A stretch of DNA of 43,930 nucleotides from Bacteroidales bacterium (GTDB lineage: Bacteria > Bacteroidota > Bacteroidia > Bacteroidales > P3): contig JAVBMO010000069.1 in NCBI GenBank assembly GCA_031552355.1, positions 1 through 43,930 on the forward strand, in the 5' to 3' direction. The notes beneath the pieces are model-generated. The model was not told the DNA's origin, made no database searches, and saw nothing but the letters and a program-made list of their open reading frames with translations. Below are positions 12,901 through 20,265 of the stretch, piece after piece (within the stretch, counting starts at the first letter, position 1; each line of letters starts with the position of its first letter). Made by a program: the position numbers and the translations under genes.

Positions 12901-15228
12901 GCGTCGAAATCAACCTTCTATGGGCTAAGTGGAAAAACTTATTACATTCATCTTAATAATCTCTCTGAAGGTTTTGATGCTATAAGCGGAATTTTTGGTA
13001 GCTATCCATGGCTACTTTTAGAAGAAAGCAATCCCGAATTTGCTACTACGCTTTCTTTGGAAAAGCATAACCTCAGCTTGACTTTGAATGAAGAACAGAC
13101 TTTGTGGTACTCCGCAAACGGATTGTATGCAAATCCTACATGGGTAAGTCGCAATACAGCCATTGCCACCGTTTCGGAAGGGAAAGTAATTGCTAAAGCA
13201 TCAGGACAAACCTATATTGTATTCAGTGTAAACGCAGGTGGAACCATTTTAAAAGATAGCTGCCTGGTAACGGTAACAGCAATAAATGTAAATACCAATT
13301 GCCAAGCTGCCATTACTATTACCGATACGTTAAATTGTGCGGTTTCTCAAACAGAACAGGAAGTGTGGTATAAGTTTACGCCTACAGCAGAACAGGAAGG
13401 GGTTTACTCAATAGGGGGGGATATACTAAGTATGACCGGTCCTTGTGCATTGGTATTTGAAGTGTTCAGCGGAAATTGCACAAAAATGAGTCAAATTACA
13501 AGTACTATATGTCTGTATGAGCCTGGAGACCTAGGCCAAGCTCCTTTTTATGCGGAATCAGGAAAAACGTATTATTTAAAATGCGAACAAGCAGGGATTG
13601 TTAGTGAGGCTAATAAAATAAATTATACATGGCAACTCGCCAAGGTAAATAATCCCCAATTTGCTACGGCTATAACTATGGAAGATAGCCGTAGTTTAAA
13701 TGTGAATGGCGAATGTATTGTGAGCTGTTCTGTCAGTGACGGCGTTTATTATAATCCTGTCTGGCTAAGCCGCAATCCTGACATTGCCACCGTTTCCGAA
13801 ACAGGAAAAGTAACTGCCAAAGCGCCGGGACAAACTTATATTGTATTCAGTGTAAACGCAGGGGAAACTATCTTAAAGGATAGCTGCTTGGTAACGGTAA
13901 CCGAAGCTTTTGTCAAAGTTTCTGGCATTACTTTATCTGCAAAAAGCTTGGCCATGAAGGTGGATAGCGTAAGCATGCTTACCGCTACGGTTTTACCTGC
14001 CAATGCCACCAATAAAAATATAAGTTGGGCGAGTACCAACACCGGTATTGCTACGGTAAACAATGGTGTGGTAACGGCAAAAGCTATTGGAACGGTCTAT
14101 GTTATCGCCACCACCCAAGACGGAAACTTTAAAGACACTTGTGCGCTAACGGTAACATCCAATGCTATTGCTGTTTCCGGTATTACGTTATCTGCAAAAA
14201 ACTTAGCCCTAAAGGTGGATAGCGTAAGCACCCTTACTGCTACAATTACACCAAGTAATGCCACCAATAAAAATATAAGTTGGGCGAGTACCAACACCGG
14301 TATCGCTACGGTAAACAATGGTGTGGTAACGGCAAAAGCTATTGGAACGGTCTATGTTATCGCCACCACCCAAGACGGAAACTTTAAAGACACTTGTGCG
14401 TTAACGGTAACATCCAATACTATTGCTGTTTCCAGCATTACTTTATCTGCACAAAGTTTGGCGTTGAAGGTGGATAGCGTAAGCACCCTTACCGCTACGG
14501 TTTTACCCGCCAATGCCACCAATAAAAATATAAGTTGGGCGAGTGCCAACACCGGCATTGCTACGGTAAACAATGGTGCTGTAAAAGCTAAAGCAACAGG
14601 TACTGCTTATATCATTGCCACTGCAGAAGATGGTGGGTATAAAGATACTTGTGTGGTAACAGTTACAGAATCACAAAAAGAAATTGTTATTATTCCTGAA
14701 GTAACTTCTATTGTTATCAGTTGGGAAAAAGAACAGGGAGCACAAAACTATGTGCTTATTGTTTATAGCGACTTGGCAAGAACCCAGGAAGTAGCCCGCT
14801 TCGAGTTCGATGCTTCTGGCAATTTGCTTACCAAAGCACCGTTTACCCATACCGTAACCGGACTTACTTCTGAAACACAGTACTATTATTCGCTTACTGC
14901 CTACAATGCAGAAGAGGAAGAAATCAGAACGTTTGAGGGCGGTTTTACCACCCTTAAAACCACAGGCATAGAAGAAGCAGATGCAGAGGAAGCAACTTTT
15001 GTGGTGTATCCGAACCCTACCTACAGTGGAAAGTTGACAATTGAAAGTGGAGAATTAACAGCTCAACAACTCAACAATTCAACAATTCAACTTTTTGACC
15101 TTGTGGGTAAATTGGTAGGCACCTTTGCCATTACTGGCGAAAAAACTGAAATCAACATCGGCCATTTGCCAAGTGGAACGTATGTGGTGAAAGTGGGAAC
15201 AGAAACCGTAAAAGTCATCAAGAAATAA
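9973..15228 (+). CDS. Giant secreted/surface repeat protein (1751 aa): signal peptide + 10 Cys-patterned PPC-like modules (the last interleaved with Big_2) + 5 Big_2 + Fn3-like domain + T9SS CTD
   Basis: Uninterrupted 5.3-kb ORF with signal MNTKQFFKNTALLLLLAIPLLWQKEVKAQ. Modules span nt ~10060-13035 and 13297-13656, with the same consensus as gene 1. Big_2 units at ~13036-13296 and 13657-14682. Fn3-like ..VISWEKEQGAQNYVLIVY..TVTGLTSETQYYYSLTAYN.. at 14683-14958. The CTD at 14959-15225 is nearly identical to the gene-1 CTD. Confidence 0.9.
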   Translation: MNTKQFFKNTALLLLLAIPLLWQKEVKAQGASCETARILMDTSSNIAAKNGDNWYVFTPTQAQKGTYRVQTNDNMPIYVCNTCNEESFTYLNSGSLFYAEAEKTYYFRYYNISGTNQIWQLSRVPNVEGLLCQTPIEIPALSNAIAANFATKQTSRFWYRFTPSTAGYYRASNCGKTGTRSSIDIQSGNCDSLVYVGTGNMCEYHWKSDVLFYGEAGKPYLIYINQTQNPYEYPADYTWELRKEDSPEGLSCQTPIEIASTSNNIPANHATKQVKELWYKFTPTQSGVYTASSCGKSDYTSMSVYDSCGQYTTEEAICATSFNAQAGKTYYIVNRGSGDYTWSLHLGNNPEGLICQSAIVLTDTSNNILANHTDKQSPVLWYRFAPTAAQEGEYSLTNCGKTSDTTQVFIYEGISCDDKTSKGSYTNTYCDIEYYTETSFYAEPGKTYYIQWLNQNGVNNYHWSFTKKDTRGKYCITPVELKDTMSNIPINRWYTFSPKQSGYYVASDYGKNAYNTHLTNVHISTGTCNELVSVGNIMHKDELGIASVFYAEVGKTYTINWISYFIDSHWDLYQISNTEGLTCNSSIAISGVSDNIAADHAGKQSPILWYRFTPTESGEYIVSSCNKTTHKTYLTVFSGTCTDLSEISSSSNYCENQSRIAFTAQANQTYYFRWINDDGSYSYNWSLSKNNDTEGRLCETPIVLTDTSSNIKYLSNNPTLWYSFTPTATQEGVYKILESGGVYVELYTGSCGNLNNVFNNKELVSLGTNIFYAEAGKTYYFNCEKQMEGGLWGLSKVDNPEALTCQTAKEVTNVTDDISLINVGYNWFVFTPNTNQEGIYKIKWSRRELDYRVYTGSCNNLEKIIDRTEEPFYVEAGKTYYVKGFGGKMDTWSLVKETQTLEGKVCQTAITITYFGESYIISSYSKEESWYSFTPTKTAYYTVASPCGSGVYDGECSTLNEIVNISREPFNSISDIASKSTFYGLSGKTYYIHLNNLSEGFDAISGIFGSYPWLLLEESNPEFATTLSLEKHNLSLTLNEEQTLWYSANGLYANPTWVSRNTAIATVSEGKVIAKASGQTYIVFSVNAGGTILKDSCLVTVTAINVNTNCQAAITITDTLNCAVSQTEQEVWYKFTPTAEQEGVYSIGGDILSMTGPCALVFEVFSGNCTKMSQITSTICLYEPGDLGQAPFYAESGKTYYLKCEQAGIVSEANKINYTWQLAKVNNPQFATAITMEDSRSLNVNGECIVSCSVSDGVYYNPVWLSRNPDIATVSETGKVTAKAPGQTYIVFSVNAGETILKDSCLVTVTEAFVKVSGITLSAKSLAMKVDSVSMLTATVLPANATNKNISWASTNTGIATVNNGVVTAKAIGTVYVIATTQDGNFKDTCALTVTSNAIAVSGITLSAKNLALKVDSVSTLTATITPSNATNKNISWASTNTGIATVNNGVVTAKAIGTVYVIATTQDGNFKDTCALTVTSNTIAVSSITLSAQSLALKVDSVSTLTATVLPANATNKNISWASANTGIATVNNGAVKAKATGTAYIIATAEDGGYKDTCVVTVTESQKEIVIIPEVTSIVISWEKEQGAQNYVLIVYSDLARTQEVARFEFDASGNLLTKAPFTHTVTGLTSETQYYYSLTAYNAEEEEIRTFEGGFTTLKTTGIEEADAEEATFVVYPNPTYSGKLTIESGELTAQQLNNSTIQLFDLVGKLVGTFAITGEKTEINIGHLPSGTYVVKVGTETVKVIKK
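13918..14682 (+). repeat. In-frame tandem repeat, 3 x 255 bp (three Big_2 domains; the first two nearly identical)
   Basis: Units at 13918-14172, 14173-14427 and 14428-14682 encode VSGITLSAK.LA.KVDSVS.LTAT..P.NATNKNISWASTNTGIATVNNGVVTAKAIGTVYVIATTQDGNFKDTCALTVTSN.IA. The 255-nt spacing of the antisense shadow ORFs at 14097..14318 and 14352..14573 reflects the same period. Confidence 0.9.
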
Positions 15229-15240
15229 ATTAGGCGAAAA

Positions 15241-15286
15241 GTACAGGGAGTTAGGCTAAGATTCTGCCTTTCTCCCTGTATTTTAT
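15241..15286 (+). terminator. Rho-independent-type terminator downstream of giant gene 2
   Basis: Stem TACAGGGAG (15242-15250) / CTCCCTGTA (15272-15280) with an inner AGGC/GCCT pairing, followed by TTTTAT. Confidence 0.6.
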
Positions 15287-15365
15287 AAAACCTATCCGAC
15301 TTCAAAAATCATATAAAAACCCTCTCTTGTTATAAAGTAAGTGTGTTTTTTGTAACTTATTCATA

Positions 15366-15446
15366 TAAATTTTAACAATTTGTATTTTATATTGAAAAAA
15401 ACTCTAAATTTGCCACATGTTAGTATCCCAAACCAAACATAATTTT
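15366..15446 (+). promoter_or_regulatory. Bacteroidetes-type promoter (-33 TTTG, -7 TAnnTTTG) plus conserved leader, copy 2
   Basis: TTTG at 15379-15382, a 22-nt spacer, then TAAATTTG at 15405-15412, then GCCACATGTTAGTATCCCAAACCAAACATAATTTT. Homologous to 1195-1272. Confidence 0.55.
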
Positions 15447-16154
15447 ATATCTATTATTTCCTGTGTCCCATGGTTTAAAAAGAAGTCTTATTCTCATAAC
15501 TTTTTTTTATCTGCAAAAACCGATGGCGTAACACAACATTTGCATTGGTTTCTTTCTAAAACCAATATACTTATAGTCCTTACTTTCTTGGCAGGATGTG
15601 GCAACGCTGAAAAACAAATCAATATTTCCACAAAAGATATAGCCGAAGGCGATTTGGTTTTCAGAAAAGGGAATGGAACAAAGTCGCGAGTGGTTTTAGG
15701 CACAGACCCCAACGGAATGTATAGTCATGTTGGCATTGTGGTTAAAGTAGATTCCTCTTTAAAAATAATACACATTACGCCCGACGAACGGGAAAATGGA
15801 GAGACCGAGGATAGGATAAAAATAGAAACATTCGAACAATTTTTCGCTCCCGATAAATCTGAAAAAGGGATTGTTTTGCACTGGACAGATTCATTAACTA
15901 CTGCTCATAATGCTGCCACTCAGGCCATTGAATATTACAACAAACAGGTGCTGTTCGACCATGATTATAATTTGCAAGATTCCACACAAATGTATTGTAC
16001 CGAATTGGTTTGGCGATGTTATCAAAAAGCAGGAAAAGATATAAGCGAGGGGAGGCGCAGCGAAGTAAAAAAGTTCCCTATGTTCTCCGGAACCTATATT
16101 TTCCCCTCAGATATATATGTAAACAAAAATTTTAAACCACGCTTAGAGCTTTAA
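15417..16154 (+). CDS. YiiX/YaeF-like permuted NlpC/P60 (peptidase C92 / DUF830-type) hydrolase, probable lipoprotein
   Basis: Shows ..GDLVFRKGNG...YSHVGIVV... then ...YCTELVWRCYQKAG..., i.e. His before Cys as in permuted papain-like YiiX enzymes. The ATG at 15417 is the longest start. The in-frame TTG at 15540 would give a canonical lipoprotein signal (M)HWFLSKTNILIVLTFLAGC, so the true start may be 15540. Confidence 0.65.
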   Translation: MLVSQTKHNFISIISCVPWFKKKSYSHNFFLSAKTDGVTQHLHWFLSKTNILIVLTFLAGCGNAEKQINISTKDIAEGDLVFRKGNGTKSRVVLGTDPNGMYSHVGIVVKVDSSLKIIHITPDERENGETEDRIKIETFEQFFAPDKSEKGIVLHWTDSLTTAHNAATQAIEYYNKQVLFDHDYNLQDSTQMYCTELVWRCYQKAGKDISEGRRSEVKKFPMFSGTYIFPSDIYVNKNFKPRLEL

Positions 16155-16187
16155 ATACATTTATTAACAACCAAAAAAAGAAAGAAC

Positions 16188-16601
16188 ATGAAAAGAAAAA
16201 ACACAACCTTAGTAGTATTAGTAAGCATGATATTAACTTTTATGTTTGTAGCTTGCAGTGGCAAAAGTCCTGCCGATATTGAAATGTCTATGTGGAAACA
16301 AGTACAAAAAGGCAATTATGAAGATGCCATGGAAATTTTAGTAAAAAATTCCATGCGTTCAGAAGACGATACCCCTGAAAAGCAGAGAGAGGTCGTTACA
16401 ATGTTTGCCGAAAAAGTAAAAGCCTCGTGTGAAGAAAAGGGGGGGATAAAAGATATTAAGCTGCTCGAGGAGTCTATTAGCGAAGATGGGAATACAGCTC
16501 TTGTAACCCTTGAAATTACCTACAAAAATGGAAGCACCAAAGAGGAGCGTAGTAAATACAAAAAAGTTGATGGAGATTGGAAAATAGATATGTCGAAATA
16601 A
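16188..16601 (+). CDS. Small lipoprotein, DUF4878-like (NTF2-like fold family)
   Basis: Lipobox ..MILTFMFVAC. Also ..MWKQVQKGNYEDAMEIL.. and a C-terminal ..YKKVDGDWKIDMSK, typical of DUF4878 lipoproteins (recognised by eye). Confidence 0.6.
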   Translation: MKRKNTTLVVLVSMILTFMFVACSGKSPADIEMSMWKQVQKGNYEDAMEILVKNSMRSEDDTPEKQREVVTMFAEKVKASCEEKGGIKDIKLLEESISEDGNTALVTLEITYKNGSTKEERSKYKKVDGDWKIDMSK

Positions 16602-16668
16602 ATAGTCGGTTTGCCAAGGTTTCCGATGTTAAAATTCAAATTATTATCACAATTATAATTAAATAGAG

Positions 16669-17520
16669 ATGAACCATAAAATAAAACAGACATTATTACT
16701 GATTTTTTGTTTGTTCTTTTTGTTTTCGTGCAAGAATAACCAAAATACACAAATAAATGATGCCTATCTGGATGAAATAGATTTCTTTAAGATTGAGGGC
16801 GAAATGATTTATTACCCTTTCGTCGCTTTGCAAAATGTGAAAACCGATTGGGGAAAGTTAGGTTTGAGGGGAAAAGTGAAAAGCATGAAAGTAAATGAGA
16901 GTACATATTATTTTCATGAAAATGGAACCATTGACAGGATAGAATTTCACAATCAAGACTACTCTTCGGTAGACTATTTTATTTACAATAAAAAAGGACA
17001 ATTAAGCCTTGTTAAAAGCAGTAGATTGGTCTCAATAAACGGTAAAAAAGAAAACCATATAGATAGTACCGTTTATAAATACAAAGAGGATGGTATGTTA
17101 GAAAATGCTGTTTATTCAAAAAATGGAATCATTCATTCAATAAACTCTTCGGAATTGTCAATAGCCTCATCAAAATATGATGCAACAGGACAATTAATTT
17201 TATTTGATACAACAGGTGCTAACTATCACTATAAATATAGTGAACAGGGCAGGTGTATTGAGAAAAAATACGACAGTCCCGGAATGGATGGTGTTGAGCA
17301 TATTACATGCAGCTACATGTATAACGAAAATCGAGATATTATAAAAGAAGTGAGGCATACGATATATGAATTGGATTCATATATCAACGAACCTGATGAA
17401 ACCTATTCCAAAGAAAGCACCTACTCTTATATTTATGATGAACACAAAAACTGGGTAGAACGCACTGAATCCGGAAATAAAATAAGTACAAAAAGAACTT
17501 TTGAATATTATCCAAATTAA
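16669..17520 (+). CDS. Lipoprotein with YD-repeat-like motifs
   Basis: Lipobox ..LFFLFSC. Repeated Y-x-Y/YD-like beta-hairpin motifs (..YKYKEDGMLENAVYSKNG.., ..KYDATGQLILFD.., ..YKYSEQGRCIEKKYD..). Confidence 0.6.
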   Translation: MNHKIKQTLLLIFCLFFLFSCKNNQNTQINDAYLDEIDFFKIEGEMIYYPFVALQNVKTDWGKLGLRGKVKSMKVNESTYYFHENGTIDRIEFHNQDYSSVDYFIYNKKGQLSLVKSSRLVSINGKKENHIDSTVYKYKEDGMLENAVYSKNGIIHSINSSELSIASSKYDATGQLILFDTTGANYHYKYSEQGRCIEKKYDSPGMDGVEHITCSYMYNENRDIIKEVRHTIYELDSYINEPDETYSKESTYSYIYDEHKNWVERTESGNKISTKRTFEYYPN

Positions 17521-17529
17521 AAACAAAAT

Positions 17530-19008
17530 ATGATGAAAATCAAGAATATTTTTAAAATATCTACCTTAGCTTTAATAGTTGTATTTAGCACAAGCGTATC
17601 AGCACAAAGCTTTTTTGATAAAATGAACAAAGCTTTGGATAATGCAAATAAATCCATTGATAAAGCCCTTGATGCAACAGACAAAGCTTTAGGTACGGAC
17701 AAAAAGTCGCAAGAGCCAAGCAAAACCCCAAAAACCGACTCTAAACCGGCTAATACTCCGTCAACAAATCAATCTCAATCACCAAATACACAAAGTAATA
17801 CCAATAAAACGACTCCTGCTACTTCACAAACACCTCAAGTCATTTCACCTCACATAACTTCCAAAACAAAAATCATTGAGGTGTATAATGCAAAAGATGT
17901 AGTAGTTACAGACTTTTCGAACAATGTATGTTTTGTTCGTGATAATAAAACGAAGAATTGGGCAATAGTTGATACATTGGGTAATTTTATAACGGATTAT
18001 AAATTCAATTTTTCCATTTATGAAGATGTTCCCTATTTTAGCAACAATGTATGTGTGATTTCCGGCAGCTTAAACGGATATAAAAACGGAGTAGTATTGA
18101 TAAATACAAAAGGTGAAGTAATAAAACATTTGCCCGATATCAGTAAACTTTCCAACTTTACAGATGGTGTCGCCACTGGTTTTTTGAGTGTGCTTGATAA
18201 AAAGAATTCTACAACCTATAAAAATGTTTACATAACAAAGATTGTTTATCTCAATACGAAGGGAGAAACTATCTTTCCTGATTTATCGGTAGTAGTGCCG
18301 GATAGAAGTACCCTTAAACCTTCTCTTTCGTACAGAAACGGCTTGGCTATTTATTATGATTATCAAAAAAACAAATGGGGCTACATTAATAACAGTGGAA
18401 AAATTATAATTCCTGCAATCTACAATGATGTGCATAGCTTTAGTGAGGGGCTTGCAGCTGTACAAAACAATGAAGGGTTATGGGGGTATATTGACGTTAC
18501 AGGAAAGACCAAAATTAATTTCAGTTATTCAAATGAGCCTACCAATTTCTCAGAAGGTATTGCACTTATAAAGAAGCGGTCAGAAGACCATGCACCTTAT
18601 TGTATGATTGATACAACAGGAAAAATAATACTTCAAAACATTGATAACGCAACACCATTCCTCAATGGGAAAGCCTATATAGATTTGATATTGCCAAATG
18701 AACAATATATAGCTCATGTATTAGTAGATAGGAACTTTAAAATAATAAAAAGACTTGATGATAAATTTAATAAAAAGTTTGGTGCTTACGGGCTTGCCTT
18801 TTCTAATGAATTTATATATTTTAATCCCTATTATGGAATTCATGTAATTACAGAATTTGGAGATATTCTTATGGATGGGCTTGATTCCTATTTTTATTGT
18901 GGTAGAGCTCGGTGTAGATATACTGAAGATCGATCTAAAAAGCGCACTTATGGTTTTATCAACACAAAAGGAGAGTTGGTATTTTACTTTAAAGAACCTG
19001 AATTTTAA
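17530..19008 (+). CDS. Secreted WG-repeat (KWG-type) protein with an N-terminal S/T/P/Q/N-rich linker
   Basis: Signal ..LALIVVFSTSVSAQ. Low-complexity linker ..PKTDSKPANTPSTNQSQSPNTQSNTNKTTPATSQTPQ... Repeated ..NKWGYINNSGKIIIPAIYNDV.SFSEGLA.V....LWGYIDVTGK.. motifs, characteristic of WG-containing repeats. Confidence 0.7.
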   Translation: MMKIKNIFKISTLALIVVFSTSVSAQSFFDKMNKALDNANKSIDKALDATDKALGTDKKSQEPSKTPKTDSKPANTPSTNQSQSPNTQSNTNKTTPATSQTPQVISPHITSKTKIIEVYNAKDVVVTDFSNNVCFVRDNKTKNWAIVDTLGNFITDYKFNFSIYEDVPYFSNNVCVISGSLNGYKNGVVLINTKGEVIKHLPDISKLSNFTDGVATGFLSVLDKKNSTTYKNVYITKIVYLNTKGETIFPDLSVVVPDRSTLKPSLSYRNGLAIYYDYQKNKWGYINNSGKIIIPAIYNDVHSFSEGLAAVQNNEGLWGYIDVTGKTKINFSYSNEPTNFSEGIALIKKRSEDHAPYCMIDTTGKIILQNIDNATPFLNGKAYIDLILPNEQYIAHVLVDRNFKIIKRLDDKFNKKFGAYGLAFSNEFIYFNPYYGIHVITEFGDILMDGLDSYFYCGRARCRYTEDRSKKRTYGFINTKGELVFYFKEPEF

Positions 19009-19068
19009 TCGTATTTAAGATAAAAATCAATCAATTTAATAATTAACAAACAAAAAAATCAAATTACA

Positions 19069-20016
19069 ATGAAAAAGACAATTTTAACAATTGCAATTGC
19101 TGCTTTGTGCAGCTTTTCGGCTTCGGCCAAAATTTGGAGAGTAAACAACGCCGGCATACCTGCCGATTACACTTCGCTTCAAGATGCCCTAACCGCCATT
19201 CCGGCAGGTGACACCATTTATTTGGAAGGCTCGCCTAATACCTATGCACTGCCTACTTCAATAACCAAAAAGGTAACGATTGTAGGTCCAGGATATTTTC
19301 TTGATGAAAACCCTAATACTTTGGAAAATAAATCAACAGCTACAGTAAAAGGTAATGTAACTCTTTTAGCAGCCGGTATTACCTGGGAAGGTCTCGTGCA
19401 TGATGGGTCTTTATATATAGGCGCTGATAATATTATGGTTCGTAAATGTTACTTGGAAGATATTTATGCAAATGATAATAATTCTAGTGTAACAAAACAA
19501 ATTAACAATACCATTGTAACACAATGCTACATAGCAGACGCTTTAGGTTCTGGTTATAATGATGCATTTTATAATGCTGTTATTACAAATAATATCTTTC
19601 CAAGTTATGGTATCAGATATTTTTATAATTCTTTGATAGAAAATAATACATTGACTACAACATATTCTATTTATGGCATACTTAATTGTAGTGGTAGTAC
19701 TATCAAGAATAATATAGTCGGAACGATTTCAAACAACACAAGTTGTAATATATCCAATAATTTTACTACTGCCGGAACCGCCGATTATATCACCGGTAGC
19801 AATCTTTCTACCGATGGTAAATATCAATTAGCAACTACTTCCGGCGCCCGTACTGCCGGAACCAATGGCTCGGAATGCGGCGCTTTTGGCGGCGCTTCGC
19901 CTTATGTGTTGTCGGGTTTGCCTTCTACCCCTCATATTTACGAAATAGATGCTCCCAATGCAGCTTCTGCAGCAAGCGGACTAAAAGTAACTTTGAAAAT
20001 TGGAACAGAGAAGTAA
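19069..20016 (+). CDS. Secreted protein, probable right-handed parallel beta-helix fold
   Basis: Signal ..AIAALCSFSASA. N-terminal ..IWRVNN...YTSLQDALTAIPAGDTIYLEG.., as in pectin-lyase-fold proteins, followed by Asn/Ile/Thr-rich ~22-aa periodic segments. The fold assignment is inferred only. Confidence 0.4.
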   Translation: MKKTILTIAIAALCSFSASAKIWRVNNAGIPADYTSLQDALTAIPAGDTIYLEGSPNTYALPTSITKKVTIVGPGYFLDENPNTLENKSTATVKGNVTLLAAGITWEGLVHDGSLYIGADNIMVRKCYLEDIYANDNNSSVTKQINNTIVTQCYIADALGSGYNDAFYNAVITNNIFPSYGIRYFYNSLIENNTLTTTYSIYGILNCSGSTIKNNIVGTISNNTSCNISNNFTTAGTADYITGSNLSTDGKYQLATTSGARTAGTNGSECGAFGGASPYVLSGLPSTPHIYEIDAPNAASAASGLKVTLKIGTEK

Positions 20017-20265
20017 CAATGAATGATGAACGCAAAACGATGAACATTTCTAATTGAAAATTTATAATAAACCTTATTCAATTATTCATTCGTTCAAACT
20101 TCATTCGTTTTAAAATATTAGCAATAAATAATCATAAGCCTTTTGTACACCTAAATAGTAGGGTGATATTGAAAAAGTCCCGGTAAAATAAAAAATCCGA
20201 TTTCTTTCCCTTTCGGGAAAAATGAAAAAGGAGCTGGGATTTAGGGGGCTTTTAAAATTTTAATT

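Noticed and set aside
4139-14682. Regularly spaced near-identical repeats (2 x 339 bp at 4139-4816; 3 x 255 bp at 13918-14682) that could be mistaken for a CRISPR array
   Set aside because: The units are contiguous with no unique spacers. They are in frame within long ORFs and encode recognisable protein domains. There are no short palindromic direct repeats and no cas genes in the window.
20017-20265. Imperfect inverted repeats (AAAACGATGAAC at 20033-20044 versus CTTCATTCGTTTT at 20098-20110) and small G/C hairpins after the beta-helix gene, as a possible terminator
   Set aside because: The stem is interrupted, the loop is about 50 nt and there is no clear U-tract. That is too weak to annotate as a terminator.
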